A DNA stretch of 64,000 bases, taken from positions 1-64,000 of the IMG/VR virus record IMGVR_UViG_3300037466_002980; one strand, written 5' to 3'. The position numbers and the translations under genes were made by a program. The notes under the pieces are model-generated. The model worked only from the letters and a program-made list of their open reading frames with translations, searched no databases and had not been told where the DNA came from. Below are positions 47,908 through 57,051 of this stretch, piece after piece. How positions within the stretch are numbered: position 1 is the stretch's first letter; every line of letters starts with the position of its first letter. This stretch comes from a virus (Duplodnaviria > Heunggongvirae > Uroviricota > Caudoviricetes).

Positions 47908-47965
47908 AAAAAATCTCCAATACAACTAGTGTAACACATCGTTATATTGGAGATCAAGTTTTCTT

Positions 47966-48256
47966 TTACTTACCTACGTTTGGTGTTCCTTTAGGGACCT
48001 TCACATATTTGAAGAAGCAATGTGTGGTAGCTGTTGTCTTACCGCATACATCATCAACTGATGCATTTGGATGACTCTTAAGATATGCTTCGGCTTCTTC
48101 TTGTAATGGAGCTTTATTGCACCACCATTTTTCAAATTCTTCAAGACCTTTTCTTAATTCTTCGGCAAATTTCTTATTTCTATTAAGAGCTTCATCGACA
48201 CCTTTAAGGGATTTATGTGATTTATTTTTGCTTTCGTTGATATCAGTTAGTCTCAT
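47966..48256 (-). CDS. Probable internal head protein
   Basis: MRLTDINES leader. Confidence 0.55.
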   Translation of the reverse strand: MRLTDINESKNKSHKSLKGVDEALNRNKKFAEELRKGLEEFEKWWCNKAPLQEEAEAYLKSHPNASVDDVCGKTTATTHCFFKYVKVPKGTPNVGK

Positions 48257-48259
48257 TTT

Positions 48260-48697
48260 TTATCCTAATCTATCAAATCTTTTCATCCAAGAAATAATTT
48301 CCGGATCTGGTTGATTATGCTCGCTTAGAGCGGAAGAATCTCGAAGTATTTTCCTAAGTGTTTCTACTTGAATAGCATATAGCTGATCAAGGTCTCCTAG
48401 AAACATATCTGGAAGATTATACATATCAGATCCATCATAGAATGCATGTTCTGCAAGATCAGCCTCCAACGGTGTCAGTTTTCTTCCTAATTTTGATTGT
48501 TCTAAAATTTCTTTTCTAAATGAAGCAGCCGGTATTTCATATTTACTCAACATCCTTAACATTTCCGGTGAATTAGAATATGTATCCATTGTGTGTTCAC
48601 CATTGGGATCATCGCCGAGTATATCTGTAAAGATATTCAATTGTAATAAATTATCAATCGAATCTCCTGCATAAAAGAAATTTTCATCTAATTTCAT
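48260..48697 (-). CDS. Probable internal head protein
   Basis: MKLDE leader; ends PDPEIISWMKRFDRLG. Confidence 0.6.
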   Translation of the reverse strand: MKLDENFFYAGDSIDNLLQLNIFTDILGDDPNGEHTMDTYSNSPEMLRMLSKYEIPAASFRKEILEQSKLGRKLTPLEADLAEHAFYDGSDMYNLPDMFLGDLDQLYAIQVETLRKILRDSSALSEHNQPDPEIISWMKRFDRLG

Positions 48698-48699
48698 TT

Positions 48700-48897
48700 T
48701 TATCCTAATTTAAAATAATTCTTAAATCTTGTTATCATAGTTATAATTACTGATACGTCACTCAATGGAAGATTAGAATGTGACATTCTTTGAACTACTT
48801 CCTCAGCTCTCATAATTAATTCATCATCGCTCATATTGAGTGAAGAATCATTTTCTTTGAGCTCTTGATTATTGGTTTTGATTTCAGATAATTTCAT
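48700..48897 (-). CDS. Probable internal head protein
   Basis: MKLSEI leader; ends RF...KLG. Confidence 0.55.
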   Translation of the reverse strand: MKLSEIKTNNQELKENDSSLNMSDDELIMRAEEVVQRMSHSNLPLSDVSVIITMITRFKNYFKLG

Positions 48898-48898
48898 C

Positions 48899-50587
48899 TT
48901 AACCTAATTTAGAAAATCTTTTCATCCATGAAATAATTTCAGCATCTGGTTCTTGTGTTTCTTCTAATTTGCCTGCTGCTGCCATCTTAGCACGAACTGC
49001 ACCAGCAACACGTTCTCCAGCTTCTTTACTACCATATTCTTTTGCAGCATTTTTAGCAACAGCCTTAAATCCGGTGGTAGTTCCGTTATTATGCTTACCT
49101 TCGTCTTTTTCTTCTAGTTTTTCCGAATCTTCCATATCATCGACATCGCCATCGGAATCAGTTTCTTCTCTTACTCCAGTCTTAGATTTTAAATCTTCAA
49201 GACCTTTCTTGCTGCTAATATTATCCTTCTCTTTGTCTTCAAGGTCCTTCTTCGAAACTTTCCAATCATCTTTTCCGGATTCTTTTCTCTTATAAGCGGG
49301 AATTTCATCTTTCTTTGGTTCTTCTTCGAGCTTCCTTCTTTGAAGAACAGGTGCAACTGATTCAACTAATTTATCATATTTCTTTAATGATTGAATCATT
49401 GCTGCAATATCTTTATCAATATTTTCCATAAACATTTCTCCGATTTGTTCCGGTGGATTTTCCGGTGGGTTGGAATCCGACGAAGATGGTTGAGTTTCAC
49501 TACCTTCAGGATTTTCTACAGGTTTTGGTTGCGGACGCCTCTTATCAGTAAAGTATCCTCTATCTTTTAATGCAACAAGTTTCTTAATTTCATTATCAAT
49601 ATCATAATCATTAATTCTTGTAGCAGGATCTTTTTGAATTACCGGATCCTTAGCAAGTTCATCTAAGGTACTCTGAATCTGTTCCTTATGTTCTTTCAGT
49701 CCTTTGACTATATCATAATAAAGATACGGAAATTTTTCTTTAATTTTTTCTTTATCAGCCGGATCATCTGCAAGATCATGAAAACAAGGAGTTCCAGCAT
49801 CGAATTGATACTTTTCTGTTCCTTCGGCTTTCTTTTGAACAACAGCACCTACTTTATTAACATATTCTGGATTTTTCGGATAAACCTGAAATAACATTGC
49901 CCTTCCAGAATAAATTTTATAATTGGTATCACTTTCTGAATTGGCGGTACACCACTGTGTACCTAATCCTAAAACTCTAGCTCCTGCCCAATTGAAAACC
50001 GTATAGATTTTATAATCATCATTATCAACAATTTTGGCAGTTTTTGCTAATTTCTTAAGTGCCGCTTCTCTAGCTGCATTTCGTACATCTCTCAATTTAT
50101 CTTGATAATGAGTAGACATATATTTTCCAACGTCACGAACACCATTAAATCTAAATAAATCTCTATGAGTAGGTTCGAGTAATTCTTGCTGGTCAGGTCC
50201 GCGCCTATTTCTTAACGCATACCAGTCGCGAAGGTTCATGTTCATAACACCAATAAGATCTTCCCAGGTATGGCTACCTGCAATATATCTTCTTACAATC
50301 CATTCGTTATTAACACCTTCTCTTGAATAGACTGTTCCTTCGTATCCAATTCTTTCAATTTCATCTAGTTGTTCTAGAAACCACTTTGCCAATTGTTCGT
50401 CGGGCATCTTTGGGAAGGTCTTAGCAGCACCGGCTGGAAAAACTTTTGGATTGGTACGAACATCATCTCGGATTGCATCTGCTAGATCTGAAACCATTTT
50501 CTTATTCGCAAGAACGCGCTGGCTCCCCTTTGAAAGTTGAGCCTCTGTAAGAAATGTTCTAAGTAAGCTACGAAATAGACTTTTCAT
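48899..50587 (-). CDS. Probable head/core protein
   Basis: FLTEA leader, GTQWCT motif, many LxE sites, ends PDAEIISWMKRFSKLG. Confidence 0.65.
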   Translation of the reverse strand: MKSLFRSLLRTFLTEAQLSKGSQRVLANKKMVSDLADAIRDDVRTNPKVFPAGAAKTFPKMPDEQLAKWFLEQLDEIERIGYEGTVYSREGVNNEWIVRRYIAGSHTWEDLIGVMNMNLRDWYALRNRRGPDQQELLEPTHRDLFRFNGVRDVGKYMSTHYQDKLRDVRNAAREAALKKLAKTAKIVDNDDYKIYTVFNWAGARVLGLGTQWCTANSESDTNYKIYSGRAMLFQVYPKNPEYVNKVGAVVQKKAEGTEKYQFDAGTPCFHDLADDPADKEKIKEKFPYLYYDIVKGLKEHKEQIQSTLDELAKDPVIQKDPATRINDYDIDNEIKKLVALKDRGYFTDKRRPQPKPVENPEGSETQPSSSDSNPPENPPEQIGEMFMENIDKDIAAMIQSLKKYDKLVESVAPVLQRRKLEEEPKKDEIPAYKRKESGKDDWKVSKKDLEDKEKDNISSKKGLEDLKSKTGVREETDSDGDVDDMEDSEKLEEKDEGKHNNGTTTGFKAVAKNAAKEYGSKEAGERVAGAVRAKMAAAGKLEETQEPDAEIISWMKRFSKLG

Positions 50588-53044
50588 TTATTTTGCAGTA
50601 ACAAAGGCATCTCTTAGTGCATCTAAAACAGGACGTAATGCCATTGCATTTCCTTGTGCTGCCGAATGTAACCATTCCAAAGCCTTTTCGTCATGGATAC
50701 TATCGGTATTGGTAGCATTCATAACCGCCTTAGCAATTGTTCTAGAAATGGCATCTTGACCCACTGGTGATACATTAATTGCACCTTGTTTATCAAGTTC
50801 AATATTGATTCTTTGAATATTAGCACCGGATGCCATTAATTGCTGTGCCTTTTCAAAGTTACCACCCTGCATCATTCTTTGAGCACTCTTGTGAATGTTA
50901 CTTAATGCTTGGTGTGCAAGTGTACGAAGAACTGGTCTAACTCTTTCAAAGACTCTCTTAAAATCTTGATCTAGATTTGGTTCTCCAGCATTACCTGCCT
51001 TCATTTGCTTTCTTTGATCCATTTTGTCTCTTTCAACAGCACTGTTAGAAACATAAACTGTACGAAGTCTACCAATCTGGTCAGCAAGAAGATTGAAAAC
51101 ATTATCTGGATTTTGCATATCTTTTCCATGATGAAGGCCCATACGAGCTTTCATAACTGTTGGATCAGACCATCTTTCTTCTTCTCCGTCGTCATCATCG
51201 ACTTTCTTTGGACGAAGTAATTCTGGATCAACCTGTTCACCATCGTCCTTAAAAGCAATAATCTGATATGGCAATGTACTATCTCCACCTGGATCGTATG
51301 GCTGATTTTTCTTTGCCTTCGCTGCCATTCTGTCCTTAATATGTTTTTCATAAGGCTTAATACCAGCAACTCCGTTTTCAGCTGATACAATAATAAAGTT
51401 ATCTGGATTTCTCTTGTATTCTTTCCATAATAATCTTTCACTAAATGGTGCTGGTTGAAGATCTGCATCATTGCTTAGTTTATGCATTCTATGTAACCAA
51501 CGAACTAATTTCTGTCCACCTTTCTGCTTTCCAATTAATCTACTCAATGAACTTTCTTCAATATAAGATTCATAAATTTCGTCGTCCCACTTGAGCTGCT
51601 CAAAGAGCGATGCTTGTGAAGTTAGGCCGGATGTTTCGGCTAATCTAGGCATATCTTCATTACCTCCAATGGCGTCTTGTGCGTTATTGCCTTGTAATTT
51701 TGCATCTTTATCTGGATAGGCATAGATATATTCTCCCATTGGATCTCTTACCACATGGAATCTCATACCATCCTTTCTATATTCCTTAACATCGGGTTTA
51801 TATCCCGGAATTGCTAAACCATGGCTGACATCCATTGTACCGAGATCCTCGGCATTCTTCTGTAACCAAGCTGCCACTGCTCTCACCTCAGAAGATGAAT
51901 TTGGACCTTGTCCATTTACGTTAGCAATTGTCTTGATTCCTTCTAATGGAGTCGATGTGAATAGACCAAATACTTGTCTGCCCATTCCTCTCACATTTCT
52001 ATCACGATATCCAGGCAAGTCACCTACGGTATGCCATTCGGGATATTCCATTCCCGATGTTCTTAATTCTCTGCTAATTAATGCAGGAACATCTTGCATA
52101 TTTCTTAATACAACGTCCCTGGTAGGATCTAATTCTGGTTCGTCGCCACCGGCCTCTGGATCAATTCTATTCATGAAATCTCTCATTTGGTCTGTAGGAC
52201 GCATTTGAGATAATCTGCCCTGAATAGATGATTTAGATGCAGATGGTAAATCCATCGGTGAATCGGAATGAAATCCGTCATCTGATCCTGCTGGTTGAAC
52301 TGGCAAGTTACCTTTTTTCTGTCCAAGTATGTCACCGAAATCCATGTCGTCGGGCATATCATCTGTCTTGGTTTTTTGTGGCCTTGATGGTGGTTCAGGC
52401 ATATCAACTTCTGCCTCTACAACTTCACCCATAACTTTACTATAGCAAGATTTTAGATCTTCCGGAGAAAGATTGTATAAATCGCTTTCGTTGTGGTATT
52501 GACTGTCTTTTGTAAGACCCATATTCTGCATAGAAAGGATACTATGAATCATATTCTCCGGTGATTCGTCCTCTGGTGCTTCTTCTAATTCATCACCATG
52601 AGTTAACGGTGATTCTTGTCCGACTTTTCTAAATTCAGTCTTGTGAACGATATCGCCTAATTTAACACCCTTTCCGGAACGTGGACGTTCCGTCTGATGA
52701 AATTCTGTTTCTTCTTCGTCGACTGCAAATGAACCAGCGCCCATACCACCTACAGAACCTTCCTCTTCCATATCATTAAATGGAATTTCAACTTCAACTT
52801 CACCCGTGTGTCCTTCGTGGCCTATGCATTCTTGTCCACACATTGGGCAAACTTCATCATTCATTCCGGGATTCATTCCAGGATTCATTTCTGGTTGCAT
52901 TTGTCCTTGTGGATCTGGAAAACATGTTTGACAATCCCAATTTCCACATCCACATTCAATATTTTCTTCGATTTCTTTACCTTCGCCGTTGAGTGCTTCT
53001 TCAACTGTCGAAAGCCATTTTGAAAAACTATCTTTTTGATCCAT
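50588..53044 (-). CDS. Large acidic probable head/core protein
   Basis: 818 aa; late box 53082-53089; multiple (L/I/V)EE sites. Confidence 0.65.
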   Translation of the reverse strand: MDQKDSFSKWLSTVEEALNGEGKEIEENIECGCGNWDCQTCFPDPQGQMQPEMNPGMNPGMNDEVCPMCGQECIGHEGHTGEVEVEIPFNDMEEEGSVGGMGAGSFAVDEEETEFHQTERPRSGKGVKLGDIVHKTEFRKVGQESPLTHGDELEEAPEDESPENMIHSILSMQNMGLTKDSQYHNESDLYNLSPEDLKSCYSKVMGEVVEAEVDMPEPPSRPQKTKTDDMPDDMDFGDILGQKKGNLPVQPAGSDDGFHSDSPMDLPSASKSSIQGRLSQMRPTDQMRDFMNRIDPEAGGDEPELDPTRDVVLRNMQDVPALISRELRTSGMEYPEWHTVGDLPGYRDRNVRGMGRQVFGLFTSTPLEGIKTIANVNGQGPNSSSEVRAVAAWLQKNAEDLGTMDVSHGLAIPGYKPDVKEYRKDGMRFHVVRDPMGEYIYAYPDKDAKLQGNNAQDAIGGNEDMPRLAETSGLTSQASLFEQLKWDDEIYESYIEESSLSRLIGKQKGGQKLVRWLHRMHKLSNDADLQPAPFSERLLWKEYKRNPDNFIIVSAENGVAGIKPYEKHIKDRMAAKAKKNQPYDPGGDSTLPYQIIAFKDDGEQVDPELLRPKKVDDDDGEEERWSDPTVMKARMGLHHGKDMQNPDNVFNLLADQIGRLRTVYVSNSAVERDKMDQRKQMKAGNAGEPNLDQDFKRVFERVRPVLRTLAHQALSNIHKSAQRMMQGGNFEKAQQLMASGANIQRINIELDKQGAINVSPVGQDAISRTIAKAVMNATNTDSIHDEKALEWLHSAAQGNAMALRPVLDALRDAFVTAK

Positions 53045-53116
53045 TACTGGCTCCTATTCCTAACTAGGTATTCAATATACTTATTTATCAAGAAGTATAA
53101 AGTTTTAAAGCCAATA

Positions 53117-53141
53117 AGAAAGGCGCTTAAAGCGCCTTTCT
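53117..53141. terminator. Hairpin terminator (bidirectional-looking)
   Basis: agaaaggcgct-taa-agcgcctttct. Confidence 0.8.
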
Positions 53142-53157
53142 ATTATTTAAAATTAAT

Positions 53158-53307
53158 TTATTGTCTACATGCATTTTTCGCTTGTTCAGCTGACGCAGTT
53201 TTCGAAACTTCTTTTACACAAGAAGCAACATTATAAGAACAACTGCCTACCATAATGGTTGCACAAATCACCGCCGCAACTGCAAAATAAAAGGTATTTT
53301 TATCCAT
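53158..53307 (-). CDS. 49-aa membrane peptide with Cys residues (not in ORF track)
   Basis: AGGAG RBS; MDKNTFYFAVAAVICATIMVGSCSY...C...CRQ. Confidence 0.6.
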   Translation of the reverse strand: MDKNTFYFAVAAVICATIMVGSCSYNVASCVKEVSKTASAEQAKNACRQ

Positions 53308-53309
53308 AA

Positions 53310-53474
53310 TTATCTCCTACAAATTTTAGAAATATCTTCGGCCTTCATGCCAGATTTAATTGCTTCTATCCGACATTCCTGAATTCTCTTTGAAGTTTGT
53401 GATGCTGAAAATCCTATCGTAAGAAAGAACATGCAGGCAACCAAAGAGGCAGCAATCAATTGTTCTCGGTTCAT
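53310..53474 (-). CDS. 54-aa membrane peptide with Cys pair (not in ORF track)
   Basis: ATGA-coupled to ligase; TM then CRIEA...ICRR. Confidence 0.6.
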   Translation of the reverse strand: MNREQLIAASLVACMFFLTIGFSASQTSKRIQECRIEAIKSGMKAEDISKICRR

Positions 53475-54790
53475 TTTATTTCCTTTGAAGAATTAGCTAC
53501 AGTTTTATCAGTTCGAAATTCGGCAAATCTTGGTAGAAAAAGTGAATCGATACCCTTTCTATCTTTGCTCTTGATTCTTTCATTATAAATCACAGCCACA
53601 ATTGTTCCTATTAAGGAATTGATTTCTTCTGTAATTTGTTTTCTAAGATCGATGGAAAATCCACTAATTGCTACCTCAACCGTTCTATCGCTTGAAGCAC
53701 AAATTAGACTACCGACCATGTCGGTAAATTGACCGGTCCCGGGATTCCATCCGATAATTTCTAAATCACAATCCTTTTCTGCCTTCATCTTAACAAGATG
53801 TTTACTTCTTCCGTCTTCCCAGAAGGCATTGAAGTTTTTAAGAATTGTTCCTTCTTCACCCTGTTCCAAAAGGAACTCAAAATGTTCTATCGCCTCTTCA
53901 AGTGAATTTACAATTCTATATGGGATTACCCAAAAACAAGGTGCAACTAATTTCTTATAAGTTTTTTCTACCGCATCTAATAATGTTTCGAATCTATCCT
54001 TATAAGATATATTACCTTGTCCAATTTTGAAGTAATTTAGTGGAATGACATCCCAGACTTGAAATCGAACCGCCATCGCTTCAATTGGAGAAATTGTACC
54101 TTTAATGGCTTTATTAATAATTCCGTTTCCTGTTTTTCTATCAACAATGACATTCTTATCTTCACAGACAACAAATTCACCATCGAACACCACAGGATAC
54201 GGAAAATGACTTGCTAATTCAATTAAATCAGCATCCATTAAACCAAGCAAATCAATTTCTCTTCCACTTCTTCCACAAAGTGTAACCTTACCATTTTCGA
54301 CAATTGCATTGGCACGGAGTCCATCTGCCTTCAATTGACTATATGCAGGAAACTTAATATTCTTGATATTTTTCTCATCATACGGTCGAGCAAGAAGACA
54401 GGGATATGAAGGAATGTATTCTCCTACAACAGCATTTACAATACCTTCCGCCATACCGCATCGTAAATCCTTACCAATAATGCGCTCAATAACAATAGCA
54501 TCATCACGAGACAACTCACTAAGAATATGACGCAAATGCTCAATACCTGCGTGACCAGTGAATTCTCTCTTCGCCAATCTGTCAAGTTCAACCAATGCCC
54601 AGTGGAGGGTCTTTTGATTTTTTGGTTCATAATCCGGAATCTTCCTGATATAAAAATTCACGAAGGGATCTAATGCCAGCTTTACCGTCTTCATGAATAA
54701 ATCATTACTTAGGTGGAGACGTAATGTCTCCACCTTGTGCGTTCGGCTAGAATCAGATCCGATATCTTCTAAAATTTTCAATACAGACAT
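53471..54790 (-). CDS. lig: ATP-dependent DNA ligase
   Basis: KADGLR, FDGEF, EGTILK, VKMK, SLFLPRF. Confidence 0.95.
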   Translation of the reverse strand: MSVLKILEDIGSDSSRTHKVETLRLHLSNDLFMKTVKLALDPFVNFYIRKIPDYEPKNQKTLHWALVELDRLAKREFTGHAGIEHLRHILSELSRDDAIVIERIIGKDLRCGMAEGIVNAVVGEYIPSYPCLLARPYDEKNIKNIKFPAYSQLKADGLRANAIVENGKVTLCGRSGREIDLLGLMDADLIELASHFPYPVVFDGEFVVCEDKNVIVDRKTGNGIINKAIKGTISPIEAMAVRFQVWDVIPLNYFKIGQGNISYKDRFETLLDAVEKTYKKLVAPCFWVIPYRIVNSLEEAIEHFEFLLEQGEEGTILKNFNAFWEDGRSKHLVKMKAEKDCDLEIIGWNPGTGQFTDMVGSLICASSDRTVEVAISGFSIDLRKQITEEINSLIGTIVAVIYNERIKSKDRKGIDSLFLPRFAEFRTDKTVANSSKEIK

Positions 54791-55969
54791 TTATGCCTCA
54801 TACCAACAAGTTAATCCAAATGGAGAAACAATATGATGCGAAGGATCACTATGAATAACATAAACAGTATCACAGTAATTAGGATCACCAAATCCGAGTC
54901 CACAATCATATCCATCGGTAAAGTGAATAAACACTTCAGGCACGATATCGTTTTCCTTCATGTAATTCCAGTTACAATTGAAGTCGTTACCACCACGACC
55001 CATCACTTCATATTCATCGATTTCATGAATATTATCGGGAGTATAGATTTGTTCGTTATAAACCTGAGTATCTGAACACCAAAGTCTAATTTCGAAATCA
55101 GTGAACTGTTCCATGATTCCCCGAACTTCACCGAGAAAGTCCTGAATCATCTTATCGGAAATCGAACCAGAACTATCCATGCCGATTGCAACAGAGACTT
55201 TTTGTCCACGCTTTACAGCAGGAAGGAAGAATCCACCGGCTTGCGCCTTTCTGGAACAACGCATCCATGTATAATCATCAGAGAAGACAGATTGAATTCT
55301 CATATTAAGAATTTCTCTCCAATCCATCTGTGGATCAGTGATATCCTTAAGCATTCTTTTCACATTAGCCGGAGCATGACCGACGTTAGATTTCAATGCT
55401 GTCATAACCGCAGAACGAATTTCATCAGAAAGTTGTCTGCGTTCTTCATCAGTCATCGGAACACCCTTGCCGTCGCCGGGTTCGATGTGAATATCAAACT
55501 GCGGATAACCCGCATCGGGATTTTCCTTCTTTAACTTTTCGTAGAGCTCTTCAGTAAACATTCCCTTGTATTTCGGATCAAAACAAGGTTCCACACCCGA
55601 AGTTTTCGGATTAGGAAGTTTACCGACATTGTGTTCGTGCAATTCCCAATTGATAACAAAATCTGCGGCCGCGTTCCACAATTTCGGATCTCGTCCGCCT
55701 CGACGACTCATGTGGTCATAAACGCAGTGTTCCACTTCGTGACCAATAAGGAAAACAGTTTCTTCTTTTGTTAATTTTTCGATGAAATTACGATTATAAT
55801 ACATATATCGTCCATCGGTTGCTGCTGTCGTGCACCAACCATCGGGATCATCGGTTGCATCTTTCAAAATAAGACGTGTTGCTAGAGTTCCCCAAAATGG
55901 TTGCCTCAGCAACAATGAAATACGTGCTCGGGTGAGTTGTTCGATAACTTTTTCGGACTGTGTAGGCAT
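54791..55969 (-). CDS. Metallopeptidase-vWA protein (DUF2201-like)
   Basis: TAATDG, HEVEH, WNAAAD, DSSGS MIDAS, GGND, FTDGY. Confidence 0.85.
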   Translation of the reverse strand: MPTQSEKVIEQLTRARISLLLRQPFWGTLATRLILKDATDDPDGWCTTAATDGRYMYYNRNFIEKLTKEETVFLIGHEVEHCVYDHMSRRGGRDPKLWNAAADFVINWELHEHNVGKLPNPKTSGVEPCFDPKYKGMFTEELYEKLKKENPDAGYPQFDIHIEPGDGKGVPMTDEERRQLSDEIRSAVMTALKSNVGHAPANVKRMLKDITDPQMDWREILNMRIQSVFSDDYTWMRCSRKAQAGGFFLPAVKRGQKVSVAIGMDSSGSISDKMIQDFLGEVRGIMEQFTDFEIRLWCSDTQVYNEQIYTPDNIHEIDEYEVMGRGGNDFNCNWNYMKENDIVPEVFIHFTDGYDCGLGFGDPNYCDTVYVIHSDPSHHIVSPFGLTCWYEA

Positions 55970-55993
55970 CGTTTTACTTTCAAGTGTTTGTGT

Positions 55994-56023
55994 ATTATAT
56001 CGTAGATATAGCTGGGTTGTCAA
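55994..56023 (-). promoter_or_regulatory. sigma70-type promoter
   Basis: TTGACA-N18-TATAAT. Confidence 0.8.
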
Positions 56024-56040
56024 ATGATTATTTGAAATAC

Positions 56041-56174
56041 GTTCCCAAGGTGGAACACATCAAACCACCGTCCTTCTAGTTAAGTGCTAGGTGCTCTATG
56101 TAACTCGAATAATATGACTTCGCCGGCGCCGGCTCTAACGTCAGCAATCATTGGTCTTTCTGAGCTATTGGGAA
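56041..56174 (-). ncRNA. tRNA-like RNA (anticodon CTT, Lys) with expanded D and T loops
   Basis: TTCCCAA/TTGGGAA acceptor, GCTC/GAGC D stem, CTAG-CACTTAA-CTAG anticodon arm, GGTGG/CCACC T stem. Confidence 0.7.
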
Positions 56175-56179
56175 TTCTT

Positions 56180-56497
56180 TTATTCTTTAGGAAGATGTTC
56201 TAGAATGACTCTATCGTATCCATATTCGATAGCATATTCTACAATATCCATTAAAGGAAATGTATCTTCGGGAGTAGTGTACCACAGCACCTTTAATGGA
56301 TCGATCTTCTCAAATCCAGTAAGTGCCGAAGTTGATTTCTTTAAATAGTCCTTAAATGATTTGAATTCTGTTTCGTTATAAGGACCAACTGTAGCATTTA
56401 AAATTTCTTCGTATGGGATTATCTGTATATTTTTAATAAATTTTCTTGATTCATCGGCAACTGTATATTCTTTTCCTAAACTAGCAACATCTGTCAT
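56180..56497 (-). CDS. Hypothetical protein
   Basis: Coupled to SOD. Confidence 0.6.
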   Translation of the reverse strand: MTDVASLGKEYTVADESRKFIKNIQIIPYEEILNATVGPYNETEFKSFKDYLKKSTSALTGFEKIDPLKVLWYTTPEDTFPLMDIVEYAIEYGYDRVILEHLPKE

Positions 56498-56498
56498 T

Positions 56499-57047
56499 TT
56501 AATTTAACCTCGTATTAATAATATCCCAATTAATAATTTTCCAAATATTCTTCAAATATTTTTCTTTATCGGATCCGTAATCAGTCAAGAATGCATGCTC
56601 CCACATATCTATAATCACTGCTACATTTGTGAGAATTTTATGATTTTGAATTGTTTGAATAGAACCTGATTTGGTTAGATAAACCCATCCAGAACCATGT
56701 ATTCCTAATGCTTCCTCTTTAATTGAATCTTTAAATTTGTCAAACGAACCAAATTTAGTATCGATTAAAGTTTTTATTTCACCGGTTGGATTATTTGAAT
56801 TTTTTGGTATTTGAAATTGTTCAAAGAACAATGTATGAAGTTTTGCTCCTGCAACCTGAAATTCACCTTCGCCTGCGTGAGCTTTCTCTACATAACGTTT
56901 ATATAGTATTCCATAATGCAGATCAATGTTTTCCTTAGAAAGGACTGGTGATAATTGATCAGATTTAACAGGAAGTTTTATTTGTTTGACTTCTATTTCG
57001 GCTGAGACTTTTTCTAATAATTTTCTAAATTCGCCTGGTGTATTCAT
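56499..57047 (-). CDS. sod: Fe/Mn superoxide dismutase
   Basis: L.PVLS, LHYG, LHTLFF, GSGWV, DMWEHA. Confidence 0.88.
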   Translation of the reverse strand: MNTPGEFRKLLEKVSAEIEVKQIKLPVKSDQLSPVLSKENIDLHYGILYKRYVEKAHAGEGEFQVAGAKLHTLFFEQFQIPKNSNNPTGEIKTLIDTKFGSFDKFKDSIKEEALGIHGSGWVYLTKSGSIQTIQNHKILTNVAVIIDMWEHAFLTDYGSDKEKYLKNIWKIINWDIINTRLN

Positions 57048-57051
57048 ATAA

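Noticed and set aside
52855-52895. Short 12-nt tandem repeat encoding MNPG
   Set aside because: Ordinary low-complexity linker inside a CDS
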